Virus record (IMG/VR): IMGVR_UViG_3300046733_001096
Location: 14,947 to 78,946 of that record
DNA from: a virus
DNA length: 64,000 nucleotides
Reading direction: 5' to 3' (one strand)
Both the position numbers and the translations under genes were made by a program. The notes under the pieces were generated by a model. It made no database searches, was not told the origin of the DNA, and was given only the letters and a program-made list of their open reading frames with translations. Of the stretch, positions 16,588 to 27,029 are shown one piece after another (the first letter of the stretch is position 1; the number at the start of each line of letters is the position of its first letter).

Positions 16588-17844
16588 TTATAATTTTTGT
16601 TTAACCTTCGCTTGTTCATCGAATACCAATATTGGTTCTTCATTTCCTAAAATAAATTCATCTGTAATATGTACAGAACGTAGTCCTTGATTTGCCAATT
16701 TTGGCAATTTGAATTGTATTTGTAAAAGTGATTTTTCAATTACACTTCTCAATCCTCGAGCGCCCGTTTCATCTGTTGTTGCTTTTCTCGCAATCTGGTT
16801 TAGCGCCGAATCTGAAATGATTAATTCTACACCATCAAGTTTAAACAATTTTTCAAACTGTGCAACAATACTATTTTTAGGCTCAGTTAATACTTGTACT
16901 AACTGATTTTCAGTGAGAGCATCAAGGCCAACAATAATTGGAAATCTTCCCATAAATTCTGGGATGACTCCATATTTTATTACATCCTGTGCTTCTACTT
17001 GCTCACGGATATTTATCTTATTTGTCGATTTATCATACACAACAGCACCAAAACCAATACCTGCATTGGATGTTATTCTACGTTCAATAACTTTATCAAT
17101 GCCAACAAATGCGCCACCAACTACAAATAGAATTTTACTTGTATCAACTTCAATCATATCAGTGCCTGGGTGCTTACGTCCGCCCCCAGGCGGAACACGA
17201 ACAACTGAGCCTTCTACAATTTTAAGTAGTGCTTGTTGAACACCTTCGCCACTAACATCTTTTGTGATTGAAATATTTTCGCCTTTTTTCGCTTTCTTAT
17301 CAATTTCATCAATATATATAATACCACACTCGGCTTTTTTAACATCAAAATCTGCTGCCATAAGCAATTTCTGTACTACATTTTCTACATCGTCGCCAAC
17401 ATATCCACTTTCAGTAAGTGATGTTGCATCAATTTGTGCAAATGGCACATCTAAAAATTTTGCAACTGTTTTAGCAAGTAATGTTTTACCAGTACCAGAT
17501 GGTCCCATAACCATTACATTGGATTTATCCAATTCAACGCCATCAGAATCATCAGCGTTTATACGTTTGTAATGATTATATACTGCCACACTAAGGACTT
17601 CTTTAGCTTCGTCTTGTCCAATAATGTGCGCATCTAAGAATTCTTTAATATCTTCCGGTCCAGGAAGAGAACTCATATCCGTTTCGCTTGTAGTGGCAAA
17701 CTTTTCTTTTGAGTCATGTATGATTTCATAGCATAAGTCAACACACTCATTGCAAATAAACTGATTTGGTCCAGCAATGAGTGTTTTAACTATATCCTTT
17801 TCTTTGTTACAAAATGAACAAGTATAATCTTTAGTATCAGTCAA
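16588..17844 (-). CDS. clpX: ATP-dependent Clp protease ATP-binding subunit ClpX
   Basis: CSFC/CNEC zinc finger, GPSGTGKT, GYVG, IDEIDK, RKH, IGF loop, GARGLR; TTG start. Confidence 0.97.
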   Translation of the reverse strand: MTDTKDYTCSFCNKEKDIVKTLIAGPNQFICNECVDLCYEIIHDSKEKFATTSETDMSSLPGPEDIKEFLDAHIIGQDEAKEVLSVAVYNHYKRINADDSDGVELDKSNVMVMGPSGTGKTLLAKTVAKFLDVPFAQIDATSLTESGYVGDDVENVVQKLLMAADFDVKKAECGIIYIDEIDKKAKKGENISITKDVSGEGVQQALLKIVEGSVVRVPPGGGRKHPGTDMIEVDTSKILFVVGGAFVGIDKVIERRITSNAGIGFGAVVYDKSTNKINIREQVEAQDVIKYGVIPEFMGRFPIIVGLDALTENQLVQVLTEPKNSIVAQFEKLFKLDGVELIISDSALNQIARKATTDETGARGLRSVIEKSLLQIQFKLPKLANQGLRSVHITDEFILGNEEPILVFDEQAKVKQKL

Positions 17845-17856
17845 ATATCACCTATA

Positions 17857-19227
17857 TTATTTCTTGTCTAACCAGCCTTGACGCTGTACTAGACTTGTGT
17901 TTCGGTTTCTAGTTTTGTCTTCTTCAGTTAGTTCGTTATCCTTTTCTTCCATACTAGTATCGTCTAAATTAGTATGAATGTCAAGTTCTTTTTTGTCTTT
18001 TTTTGAAAATAGTGCATCGAAGATTTCTTCTTGGCCGCCTCTGCTTATATGACGATTTTGAAAACTATAGTTTGCAGAAATTAGTAACAATACTGCTAAT
18101 GGATCAAACACAAAAATGAATACAATAATTAGCCAACGAACTGCATCATCTATTGTATTTCTTTCTGTATTACCATAAACTAGTTCTGCAATATATTTAA
18201 TTGGTCCAATTTCTGCTTCTAACATACGCACTTCAGTTTCTAATTCAAATTTAGTAACTAGTAATTCAGATATGCCAATTTCAGATACTTTGACTGTTTC
18301 TAATAATTCTGTAATTTTTTTAGTATTATCTATTTCTGCAACACGTTCTAATTGTTTGCGCAGCCTTGTAATAGTTTCTTGTGATTTTTGGACATCACGG
18401 TCGGCAATAGAACGCAGACGTTTTATTTCAATTCTTGCTTGTTCTATAGCTGACGTATCAATACTTGTACGGATATCTTCTACAATACTAACTAAACGTT
18501 GCTTTTCTGATTGTTGTATTGAACGAAATTCATCAACTTTATTTGCAGTGCGAGGACCATAATTGCCATCCGTCTTAACACCAACTAATGCTTGCAATTT
18601 TTTAATTTCATCATTTACAACAAATGATTGTAGATTTTCAAGTGTGATATCTATTTTTTTAATTTGTGTTAAGTATGATTCGACTTGGTCTTCTGATCCA
18701 GTTTGTTGGTCTAAGATAATAGCAAGTTGTTCATCGATTGCAGGTTGAACTCTTGCGTATGCTTGGTCCATACGTTGTTGTTCAGTATCAATCTGCGTTT
18801 GAATTTCATCTGTATTATTTGTATTCTGAGTTTCAAGTTTTTCAATCTTAATTTCTGAACGTGTAATAGTATCTTCATAACGAACTATATCATTATCTAT
18901 ACGTTCTACACGTGCCTGCGATTGTAAACTTTCACTTGCCTGTTCTAAGTGCGCACGTGACAAAAAGCCAAAAATGCCCATCGAAGTGATGAACATTAAT
19001 ACAACTACTGCAAATGTAAGATAAGATTTTAATAGAAACGGCGCACGTTTCCAATTACGGTAGACCCAAGATGCAGCAACTAACTTGCCTATTTCTAAAG
19101 ATCCAGCCATGATAGCAACTGGTATTGCTGATGCGGCAAAAATTGCCATAAGTCCGGCAACTGAAAACCATGCTGCAACCGCGGCTATAGTTAAGGCTAC
19201 TACGAATACCAAAAGTGGGAAAAACAT
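17857..19227 (-). CDS. membrane-anchored coiled-coil protein with internal PG-binding-like motif
   Basis: Three N-terminal TM segments, long coiled coil, LQALVGVKTDGNYGPRT, C-terminal TM VFDPLA. Confidence 0.7.
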   Translation of the reverse strand: MFFPLLVFVVALTIAAVAAWFSVAGLMAIFAASAIPVAIMAGSLEIGKLVAASWVYRNWKRAPFLLKSYLTFAVVVLMFITSMGIFGFLSRAHLEQASESLQSQARVERIDNDIVRYEDTITRSEIKIEKLETQNTNNTDEIQTQIDTEQQRMDQAYARVQPAIDEQLAIILDQQTGSEDQVESYLTQIKKIDITLENLQSFVVNDEIKKLQALVGVKTDGNYGPRTANKVDEFRSIQQSEKQRLVSIVEDIRTSIDTSAIEQARIEIKRLRSIADRDVQKSQETITRLRKQLERVAEIDNTKKITELLETVKVSEIGISELLVTKFELETEVRMLEAEIGPIKYIAELVYGNTERNTIDDAVRWLIIVFIFVFDPLAVLLLISANYSFQNRHISRGGQEEIFDALFSKKDKKELDIHTNLDDTSMEEKDNELTEEDKTRNRNTSLVQRQGWLDKK

Positions 19228-19297
19228 TTTACTCTCCTAAGGATAATTACAGCCCTCTTCATCTGTATTTATCATTTTGGAGAGTAAGATTCATATA

Positions 19298-19801
19298 TTA
19301 CATATCTACATTTAAGTATACAGTAGTGCCCTTTTTAAACCACTGTTGTGTGTATAAACGAACTGTTTGTCCACCAATATCAACAGTTACCATGTTGTCG
19401 CCACGTACTTGTGATACTTTATTAGTATATGTTGTGCGACATTGACGTTCTTGACGATATCCTACAATAACAGTTTCTTGTTTACCTTTTTTATTAACTT
19501 TATCAGCACCAATAATGGCACCTAAAACAGTCATTGCATCTTTGCCACTACCGTTACCAAGTTGATTACCGATTGCACCGCCGATAATTGCACCAACTAG
19601 GGCATCACCAGAACTTGCTTGTCCAGTTCGGCGTGTCTCATAAATTGGAACATCTACATTATTACAAGTTTGAATTGGAACTTCACGGACAACATCACGA
19701 TATGTTTCTTTCATTCCTATTACAGTTCCCCGAACCTGTTCAGAATATGAAGCAGTTGCAGTTACTAGAAGTGCAACAGTTAGTGCCATAATATTTTTCA
19801 T
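19298..19801 (-). CDS. glycine-zipper 2TM domain exported protein
   Basis: Signal peptide; GAIIGGAIGNQLGNGSGKDAMTVLGAIIG. Confidence 0.85.
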   Translation of the reverse strand: MKNIMALTVALLVTATASYSEQVRGTVIGMKETYRDVVREVPIQTCNNVDVPIYETRRTGQASSGDALVGAIIGGAIGNQLGNGSGKDAMTVLGAIIGADKVNKKGKQETVIVGYRQERQCRTTYTNKVSQVRGDNMVTVDIGGQTVRLYTQQWFKKGTTVYLNVDM

Positions 19802-20053
19802 TGGTTAAGTCCTTTTATAATATTTTCAAGTTTTTCTACTCGTTCTTCAAGTAGAATAATTTTTCTTTCTAGTAGTTGAGTTTCCTTCATTAATTAATCC
19901 TTTTTAAGTTATATTCATTAATGCCCCATCGACAAGGCGATCCGTGTTTTCTTTTTGTATTAGCAAGAGCACCGGTGATGTCATTGGCATATTCATATCC
20001 TAAAAACAAATCATCTGCCCAAACTTTCCAAGTATATTGTATAGTAAACACTA

Positions 20054-20443
20054 TTAACTACCTGTTACAAGTTCAAGTGTACCATCTTCACCAAACTCAA
20101 AATCTTCGATATAAGAATGATGTGTGCCACTTTGTTTGATACATGATTCAGCAGCAGCCCATAATGCCTTGATTGAGCCATTTACTGCAAGAGAACTAAC
20201 TTGCATCATTGTGTTGTTAGTGCCATTACGCAAATCTGCGTTAATTTCTTCAACAGTCGCATCAGGACGAACAAACTCATAAGTTACTTTACGAACTTTA
20301 TTAGAGAACAATTCAAACTCAGGACCCTTTGTACCGAATTCATACATACTCCAAACAGTTGTCATACCAAGTTCTTCTTGCATTGCAAAGAAATGATCCA
20401 TTGCGATAGTGAATTCATCGATTTGTGTTTGTGAATTTGTCAT
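20054..20443 (-). CDS. hypothetical early protein
   Basis: Directly downstream of a GANTC-type promoter. Confidence 0.7.
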   Translation of the reverse strand: MTNSQTQIDEFTIAMDHFFAMQEELGMTTVWSMYEFGTKGPEFELFSNKVRKVTYEFVRPDATVEEINADLRNGTNNTMMQVSSLAVNGSIKALWAAAESCIKQSGTHHSYIEDFEFGEDGTLELVTGS

Positions 20444-20473
20444 TTTTAGTCCTTCTCTCTAACTTATACACTC

Positions 20474-20502
20474 TTTATATAGTGATTCGTTTAAGATGTC
20501 AA
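20474..20502 (-). promoter_or_regulatory. sigma70 promoter with embedded CGAATCA
   Basis: TTGACA-tcttaaaCGAATCActa-TATAAA, 17-nt spacer. Confidence 0.8.
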
Positions 20503-20527
20503 GTACTAATTAAGGTAATCATGCTTT

Positions 20528-20866
20528 TTAATCATATTGATCTAACAAATTTGTTTTATCTTCTGTGTATCCTTTAGAAGGATTAACATCATCTGCTCCA
20601 GGTAATGGTTCTTTCTGGTCTACAATTACTTCCCATTGCTCAGACCATTTCGCATTGATATCATATAACCGCTGTGTGAATAGTGGATCGGTATCTGCTA
20701 TAATTGCATCAGCAGGACATTCCGGTTCACAAACGCCACAATCAATGCATTCATCTGGATTGATTACTAACATTTCTTCACCTTCATAAAAGCAATCTAC
20801 TGGACAGACTTCTACACAATCAGTATACTTACATTTAATGCAATCCTGAGTTACTACATAGGTCAT
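20528..20866 (-). CDS. fdxA: 7Fe ferredoxin FdxA
   Basis: [26 protein letters not shown]...[12 protein letters not shown]. Confidence 0.95.
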   Translation of the reverse strand: MTYVVTQDCIKCKYTDCVEVCPVDCFYEGEEMLVINPDECIDCGVCEPECPADAIIADTDPLFTQRLYDINAKWSEQWEVIVDQKEPLPGADDVNPSKGYTEDKTNLLDQYD

Positions 20867-21062
20867 CGTGGTTCTCCGTTAATTATATCGTCTATCTAAT
20901 TTGAAATTGCTATTATAGTCTATAGTAAATGAAAAAGTAGTTATTGTCAAGTACTTTTATCAAGTATCCATAATTTACTACAATAATAACATGCTGTCCA
21001 TGGTTTACTATATCATCATCCGTATATTGATTATGTAATTATGGTATCTCTCTTGTTGTAGA

Positions 21063-21755
21063 CTATCCATGTTTTTTACTTTGAACTTTCATTTTTCTTG
21101 TTTGCCATGGCACTGTATCTTCAAACATATTCACAACTTCGTCACCTTGATATGCTTCGATAAGTTTCCACCAAGGCACAATTAACAAGTGTGATTTGAG
21201 AATCATACGTTCATTTTCTGTATCATTTACAATACCATGATAGCGATTTACATTTAAAAAGTTAGGATTAAAATATTCATGTGTTTCTAATTTTTCACCG
21301 ACACTATGCGTTCCGTCTTCTTGTTCCAAATGTTCATAAAAACTTATTTCTGTTTTGCCGCGCAATGGGGTATTGAATGCACTTAGTGCTCTAAAGTGAT
21401 GTGCAGTATGCGGCTCTAAATTACCGCCAGGAGGCATCCAAATAAATGTAAAACGCATACAGTGTTTAATTTCATCCCAATTCAATGTTACACCGCAGTT
21501 ATTTGCAATGTTTGTAATCCTTTGAAATATTTCATTCCAAATTTGAATGTTACAGTCATAGCAGACATTGTAAATTTTTTGCTTGGTGCTATCCATTCCT
21601 ACCGTACCGTGATCGCCAAATTTGTCTTTAATTTTTTGGTCAAAGAAGTTATTGAGTTCGTCTTGATCTGCTAAAAATCCATCATAACCTTTGGTTTCAG
21701 CAAACCTATCCTCATATCTATATCTTAGTTCGTTCACTTTATTCCTCCATAACAA
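21063..21755 (-). CDS. DSBH/cupin oxygenase-like protein (HxA motif)
   Basis: MPPGGNLEPHTAH...NTPL...HGIVN..ERMIL; true start probably GTG near 21737. Confidence 0.6.
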   Translation of the reverse strand: MLWRNKVNELRYRYEDRFAETKGYDGFLADQDELNNFFDQKIKDKFGDHGTVGMDSTKQKIYNVCYDCNIQIWNEIFQRITNIANNCGVTLNWDEIKHCMRFTFIWMPPGGNLEPHTAHHFRALSAFNTPLRGKTEISFYEHLEQEDGTHSVGEKLETHEYFNPNFLNVNRYHGIVNDTENERMILKSHLLIVPWWKLIEAYQGDEVVNMFEDTVPWQTRKMKVQSKKHG

Positions 21756-22597
21756 TGTTCATAATCAAAACTTAATCTATACAAATAACGATCACCTTCT
21801 ACTGCATTACGTTTATGAATACTATGAAACTGATCCATAAAAATAAAATCGCCAGGCTGCCAATCGTCATGGTGCCAAATATATTTGTCTTGGAAAATAT
21901 GTGCCATTAGTTTGTCAATAATAAGTTCTTTATCCAACTTCTCTTCTGGTTTGTCTCTTAACCACATCTCTCTAATATAATGAAATGTAAAATATAATCC
22001 TTCGTCCCCATCGTATGGATGCGTATATACCAAAGGCTTTGTTACGCCATATTTAAAATCTCTTGTGGCACCTTGAAACATTTTAAGTTCTTTATCGTCT
22101 TTGTCTAAGTCATAGAATGTTCCATTTTCAAATTTAAATGTACAATCTATTTGCTTATAGAAATTTTTATCTTCATCACATAAATCTTTGTATGCTTGTC
22201 TTGTGTCACAAAAACTAGTTACACTATTTTCGCCTGGTCTGACACAGTAAAGAGCCACACAGCATTCTTTACCACTTTTCCTGCCATTGCCATTACTATG
22301 CCAGTCTAATTCTTTGTCTGCAAAGATACCAATCTTGTCGCCATCTTTGCGTTCGTTTGTTACTCTAAACAAACCAGGATAATCTGGGTGCATAAAAAAT
22401 TGATTTGGTTTAAGTACATTGCCAATTAATTCACATACTCTTAGTATACCAGATTCATCTAGATTTTGATTTCTAACGAGTACTACATTATCTTTTACAA
22501 TGTTTTTACCCCAATCTCTAATTTCTGAGTCACTCATTGTGTTAAAGTCTACGTTATATTGCACAGCATCCATTTGCATTAATTCTCTTCTCCTCAA
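21734..22597 (-). CDS. TauD/TfdA family dioxygenase
   Basis: VVLVRNQ, WHSN, TSFCD...AY, PLV.THP, W.PGD..MD...IHKR. Confidence 0.85.
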   Translation of the reverse strand: MRRRELMQMDAVQYNVDFNTMSDSEIRDWGKNIVKDNVVLVRNQNLDESGILRVCELIGNVLKPNQFFMHPDYPGLFRVTNERKDGDKIGIFADKELDWHSNGNGRKSGKECCVALYCVRPGENSVTSFCDTRQAYKDLCDEDKNFYKQIDCTFKFENGTFYDLDKDDKELKMFQGATRDFKYGVTKPLVYTHPYDGDEGLYFTFHYIREMWLRDKPEEKLDKELIIDKLMAHIFQDKYIWHHDDWQPGDFIFMDQFHSIHKRNAVEGDRYLYRLSFDYEHCYGGIK

Positions 22598-22602
22598 TTT
22601 AT

Positions 22603-23097
22603 TTATGATAATATTATACTAACTGCATTTTCTACTGTGATATACTCTGTAGTGGATATATTAGGATACTTTTGTAATATGCGTTCAGTTCCTACATATC
22701 CAAAATGAGTATATTTTAAATTTAAAGGTGTGTCTAGATTAATCAAATCATTGTGCAATACACGTAATGATTTTTTTTGTATTTGATATTCTAGTAAATG
22801 TTCGTAGTTTTTTAATATAGTTTCATCTTCTGCTACATTACTACCAACATTAATTATTGTTTTGTTAGTATCTTTAAATGCATGGAACAAATCTAATAAC
22901 ATATAAGTTTGTCCAAACCCATCATGTGCATTGTTTATAAAAACATCAACGTCATTGCATTGTTTAATAATACGTTTTCTGTCAATACGGTTATTAATGT
23001 CGTAGCTAGTACTTTTACTAAATCCAATAAAGTTTACAACTGATTCAGATATAGCTTTTCCTATACCCGATGTATGTCCTGTTATTGCGTATTTCAT
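22603..23097 (-). CDS. short-chain dehydrogenase/reductase (minimal)
   Basis: AITGHTSGIG, DVFINNA, IINVGS, YxxxK (YQIQK). Confidence 0.8.
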   Translation of the reverse strand: MKYAITGHTSGIGKAISESVVNFIGFSKSTSYDINNRIDRKRIIKQCNDVDVFINNAHDGFGQTYMLLDLFHAFKDTNKTIINVGSNVAEDETILKNYEHLLEYQIQKKSLRVLHNDLINLDTPLNLKYTHFGYVGTERILQKYPNISTTEYITVENAVSIILS

Positions 23098-23672
23098 CTA
23101 TCACCTAATATTGTAACTACTAAATGTAATCTTTCATCCGTACTACCGTTAAATGCAGTATGAGGAACAACTGTATTTGTCCAATACCATTGATTTTGCT
23201 TTAGATGTTTACTTTCGTTTTCGATTACCATATAACACCCGTCTTGTGTTTTTATTGGATAATGTAATCTTGGAGTGTTATCGTTATGCCATGTTAAACA
23301 AGTCTTTGGTCTAGAATTCATTATTCGTATTCTACCAACTTTGTATTTTTTAGTTATACTATTGTATACATCTTCGAACAATGAATCTTTAAATCCTGTA
23401 CAAAGTACTTCAAAACTATCATCTTTCAAAGGAACTTCTCTACGAGGTACTATAATTTTTCCGTGTTCAGTTGTGTAAGAGTTGTCCCAATCTAAAAATA
23501 AACTTCCTCTTCCTGTTAGGCAATTTGACGGATCGTCTTTGGTTGCATTTAAACAAATTTGATCTTTGTCATTTTTATACCACCAAATCTTTTTTTCGTT
23601 GAGTAGTTTTAAAAACTCTGTATGCAAATCATATACAGGAAGATCGTTAAGTTCGACAAAATTCATTTGCAT
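23094..23672 (-). CDS. aspartyl/asparaginyl beta-hydroxylase-like 2OG-Fe(II) oxygenase
   Basis: RIRIM..WHND..RLHYPI...PHTAFN...RLHLV. Confidence 0.75.
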   Translation of the reverse strand: MQMNFVELNDLPVYDLHTEFLKLLNEKKIWWYKNDKDQICLNATKDDPSNCLTGRGSLFLDWDNSYTTEHGKIIVPRREVPLKDDSFEVLCTGFKDSLFEDVYNSITKKYKVGRIRIMNSRPKTCLTWHNDNTPRLHYPIKTQDGCYMVIENESKHLKQNQWYWTNTVVPHTAFNGSTDERLHLVVTILGDR

Positions 23673-24403
23673 TAGTTCTTTTCTCCTACTAGTATTTTAT
23701 TTGGAGTTTCACGGTCACTGTTAACATAATCTCTCCAAAGTGTTGCGTTTTCAAGTTCTTGTTCATATTCTTCTTGTGTATATTTGCCAATACTAAAGTT
23801 ACCATCTAAGTCCCAAACGTCTGCTACAAAATGCCATCTATCAGTATTACTTCTATTTAAAACATTGTGGTATGGATGTACATATGCAAGATAACTATTT
23901 CCCTCTTCAAGTATGTAACTTTCGTTCCCATGAATAAAATCAGTGCCTGCATCTGTTATAATAGGAATATGGAATCTATAAAAGTTACCATCAGTATGCT
24001 TTTTAATTTCTCCACTTGGATGAATATATGATAGTCTTGCTCTTCTAGGATTCATATTTTTTTCATGTAGAAAATCTAAGATTTCTTTAAAATATCCAGT
24101 ACATGCACTTGTTTCTATACTATAGTCTAACATGTGATAAATTTTATGTTGCCTAGCATAGTCTAAATTAAAATATACTTTCGGATCAGGATCTGTCATA
24201 TCTTGTTCATCATATCGCGGATATTGTATTTCTACATTAAAATTGAATCCGCTTTGCAAAGAACCGTCTTGACTAGATAATGCAATACCATGTAATCCAC
24301 CATCTCTTTGTTCGTTAACATTGTTATACTCTAATATACGATACAGTTCAGACTTTAATCTATCTTTGTTAAACTTCCAATCATTTTTTACCACATGAGT
24401 CAA
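23672..24403 (-). CDS. aspartyl/asparaginyl beta-hydroxylase-like 2OG-Fe(II) oxygenase
   Basis: RARLS..IKKHTD..RFHIPI...HNVLN...RWHFV.D. Confidence 0.75.
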   Translation of the reverse strand: MTHVVKNDWKFNKDRLKSELYRILEYNNVNEQRDGGLHGIALSSQDGSLQSGFNFNVEIQYPRYDEQDMTDPDPKVYFNLDYARQHKIYHMLDYSIETSACTGYFKEILDFLHEKNMNPRRARLSYIHPSGEIKKHTDGNFYRFHIPIITDAGTDFIHGNESYILEEGNSYLAYVHPYHNVLNRSNTDRWHFVADVWDLDGNFSIGKYTQEEYEQELENATLWRDYVNSDRETPNKILVGEKN

Positions 24404-25059
24404 ATCAGCAACCTTTCTTTGTTTGGTAAATTATCATAATCCACTCCAAATATTAAAACGATTCTAGTGTTATCGCTACTGTTTGTTACTCTATGTAACC
24501 AACCTGTATTAACAAAATAGCTTTTACCTCTTTGCATATCCAAACTAATTTCTTCGGTTTTTGTTTTCCATTGGAACAAACTTCCGGCTGTATTAACAGG
24601 TATTTGTACTCTACACAACACACTTGTATCAGTATCTATATGATAGTTTAGTTCATTGCCTCCATGCATAACACTTATACGTGCTCTATAGGGTGCGTTA
24701 AATTTATCTTTAAGGTATTGTTGTATAGCAGTTGTTTTTAAATCATCTCTCCAACTGTTATAATTTTTTTCATCAATTTCACTGTCCGCATTGTTATCTA
24801 GTTGCTGCAATAGTATTTGACTGTATGTTTCACTAGCAGTAAATGCACTTTTAACATCACAATGTTGTGATATCTGATAATTGTCACCGCCCAAATCATT
24901 ACCTGTGTAGTTATTGGCAATTTCCAATATCTCATCTAACACTGATTCGGGAACGTTATCTGTTACTTGTCCGTGAGTTTGCATCTGATGCCTACGTGGT
25001 CCATTTTTACCACTTACTCTGCTTCTTCTTGTATCGTGTATAAGGCAATTATCGGTCAT
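24400..25059 (-). CDS. aspartyl/asparaginyl beta-hydroxylase-like 2OG-Fe(II) oxygenase
   Basis: RARIS..YHID..RVQIPV...NTGWLHRVTN..RIVLI. Confidence 0.75.
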   Translation of the reverse strand: MTDNCLIHDTRRSRVSGKNGPRRHQMQTHGQVTDNVPESVLDEILEIANNYTGNDLGGDNYQISQHCDVKSAFTASETYSQILLQQLDNNADSEIDEKNYNSWRDDLKTTAIQQYLKDKFNAPYRARISVMHGGNELNYHIDTDTSVLCRVQIPVNTAGSLFQWKTKTEEISLDMQRGKSYFVNTGWLHRVTNSSDNTRIVLIFGVDYDNLPNKERLLI

Positions 25060-25639
25060 AATTTTCCTTCCATTTTTGAATACTTATACTTTTTAAAGGC
25101 AGGCTATAATTATTAGAACAAATAACTTGCCAACTTGCAGGATCATCGTCCTGTGGATAAGTTTGATACAGTCCTTCTAAGACTTTCCATTCATTTTGTT
25201 TCTTATATTTATTGTTTAGTTTTTCGGCTAACAATGCCAACGTTCCTCGTCTACGTTGAAACTCCACACTGAAAAATAATCTGGTAATATTATTTTGTTT
25301 TGCCCATTCTAATTGTGGATCTAACATTAGTGTTGCTGGTGTTTCAGTATCTCTTTCATAATTCATATTTTTACGTCTGTATTGTGGATTGTAATATGTT
25401 CTAGTTAGTAATCTTGCACAACCTTCTGGAAACATATGAGTTTGTACACAACTCATAGCAATCATTTCATCATTATCTTCTACTAGGAAAGTCCATAGTG
25501 GATATTTTTTATATCGGTTTGGTATGCTCCATGCTAGATTTGGATTGAACCAATCTTTATTTCTATCATTATTTGCATAAAATTTCTTACAGTAATGTAA
25601 GAATTCCAACTCATAATTTTCTAATGTAAGTATTTTCAT
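25049..25639 (-). CDS. putative GNAT-fold acyltransferase
   Basis: IAMSCV...ARLLTRTYYNPQYRR...QLEWAK...LFFS. Confidence 0.5.
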   Translation of the reverse strand: MKILTLENYELEFLHYCKKFYANNDRNKDWFNPNLAWSIPNRYKKYPLWTFLVEDNDEMIAMSCVQTHMFPEGCARLLTRTYYNPQYRRKNMNYERDTETPATLMLDPQLEWAKQNNITRLFFSVEFQRRRGTLALLAEKLNNKYKKQNEWKVLEGLYQTYPQDDDPASWQVICSNNYSLPLKSISIQKWKENYDR

Positions 25640-26295
25640 TTTTTAACAAACGCAGGATCAAGCCATTCGTTTAATGTATCAGGTCTAGAAACTACTACAA
25701 TATAATCTGCGTTGGCTTTAAGTTTGCTATATGCGTCAGTCAACTGGCCTTTCCATGGAGCACCTACGCAGAGTGTAATCTTTTCTTGTGGATCAGGATC
25801 AATACTGTGAGCATGACTTCCATCTAATACGTAACTATCATAGTTTCCTGGCATGTAAACTTTGTTTAGTTTTTTATCTAAAAAATATAGTTTATTAATA
25901 GCACCATTTAGCACTAGTCTATATTTGTCCTGCAATGTACCAATTTCTTCTTTTGTACTGTCTAAATGTGTATGTAATCCTGTATTAGGAGCAGTTCGTA
26001 GAATTGTAACTCTACCCGGAGGCTCCATCCATGGAAATATTTTTTCTTCTAATACATGTTGCATAACAGGACATTGATTGCCGGCTGACGTATAATTAAA
26101 TTCACCGTTTGTAGTATTATGATTGGGGTCCCTACCACCTAGTCTACCACCACCGTTCCATATTGCAATCATTCTGCAACCTCTGAATTCATTGTAGTGG
26201 TGCACATCATCAGAAAGTGCAAGCACTTCATCAAGCATTGCTTGTTTCTCTTCTTTAGTTACACCTATGTCAACTGCACCAAACGTAAATTTCAT
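25636..26295 (-). CDS. DSBH oxygenase-like protein
   Basis: RVTIL...HTHLD...KYRLVL...DGSHAHSI...KITLC. Confidence 0.6.
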   Translation of the reverse strand: MKFTFGAVDIGVTKEEKQAMLDEVLALSDDVHHYNEFRGCRMIAIWNGGGRLGGRDPNHNTTNGEFNYTSAGNQCPVMQHVLEEKIFPWMEPPGRVTILRTAPNTGLHTHLDSTKEEIGTLQDKYRLVLNGAINKLYFLDKKLNKVYMPGNYDSYVLDGSHAHSIDPDPQEKITLCVGAPWKGQLTDAYSKLKANADYIVVVSRPDTLNEWLDPAFVKK

Positions 26296-26303
26296 GTTGC
26301 CTC

Positions 26304-27026
26304 TTAATTAGTTTTGATTAATTTAATAAACCATTTAGTTGGATCAAACTGCCACCATTCTTGTCCAATAGCCCAACTGCCTGCCCGTCTGTGATGATTT
26401 TTGTGCCAACCTTCACCTGCTGTTAAGATATTTGCTATCCAACTATTATTAGGTTGAGCACCTCTGTGTCCTAGTATATTAAGTATTCCATATCCATGAA
26501 ATGCTAGTACAACCGGTATTGCATATCCAAATATCATAAACAATGGATCAATTGCTGTAAACAATATAATAATGGCAATATTTAAATAAAAGTAATATTT
26601 GTGGAACCATCTTAGGATTTTGTCTTGTAATAAACGTTTAATGAATTTGCGTTTAATTTTAAAACCATATCCCCATGTGTTTACATATACTGCCCACATA
26701 CCTTTGACACTGTGACTGTGTGGGTCTAGTTCTGTATCACTATGAGCATGATGTTGTCTGTGTGTAGCAGCCCAAGTCATTGCAGGACCAGCACCAGCAA
26801 ACATACCTAATATATTTACTGCCCACGGATACCATTTGCCTGTTTTAAAACTATTGTGCGAATAGTATCGGTGATAACCACCACTAATTGCTACAATTGC
26901 GATAATATACCACCAAAATAAAGATATAGAAAACATCCACAATTCACCATATAAAAATGCTGGAATCAACATTACGTGACAAAATGTATGATTTATAAGT
27001 AATTTTGTTGTATTTTCCATATACAC
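26304..27026 (-). CDS. membrane fatty-acid desaturase (Delta9-like)
   Basis: Three His boxes HRYYSH, HRQHH, HKNHH; DPHS; GEGWH. Confidence 0.9.
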   Translation of the reverse strand: MYMENTTKLLINHTFCHVMLIPAFLYGELWMFSISLFWWYIIAIVAISGGYHRYYSHNSFKTGKWYPWAVNILGMFAGAGPAMTWAATHRQHHAHSDTELDPHSHSVKGMWAVYVNTWGYGFKIKRKFIKRLLQDKILRWFHKYYFYLNIAIIILFTAIDPLFMIFGYAIPVVLAFHGYGILNILGHRGAQPNNSWIANILTAGEGWHKNHHRRAGSWAIGQEWWQFDPTKWFIKLIKTN

Positions 27027-27029
27027 TTC

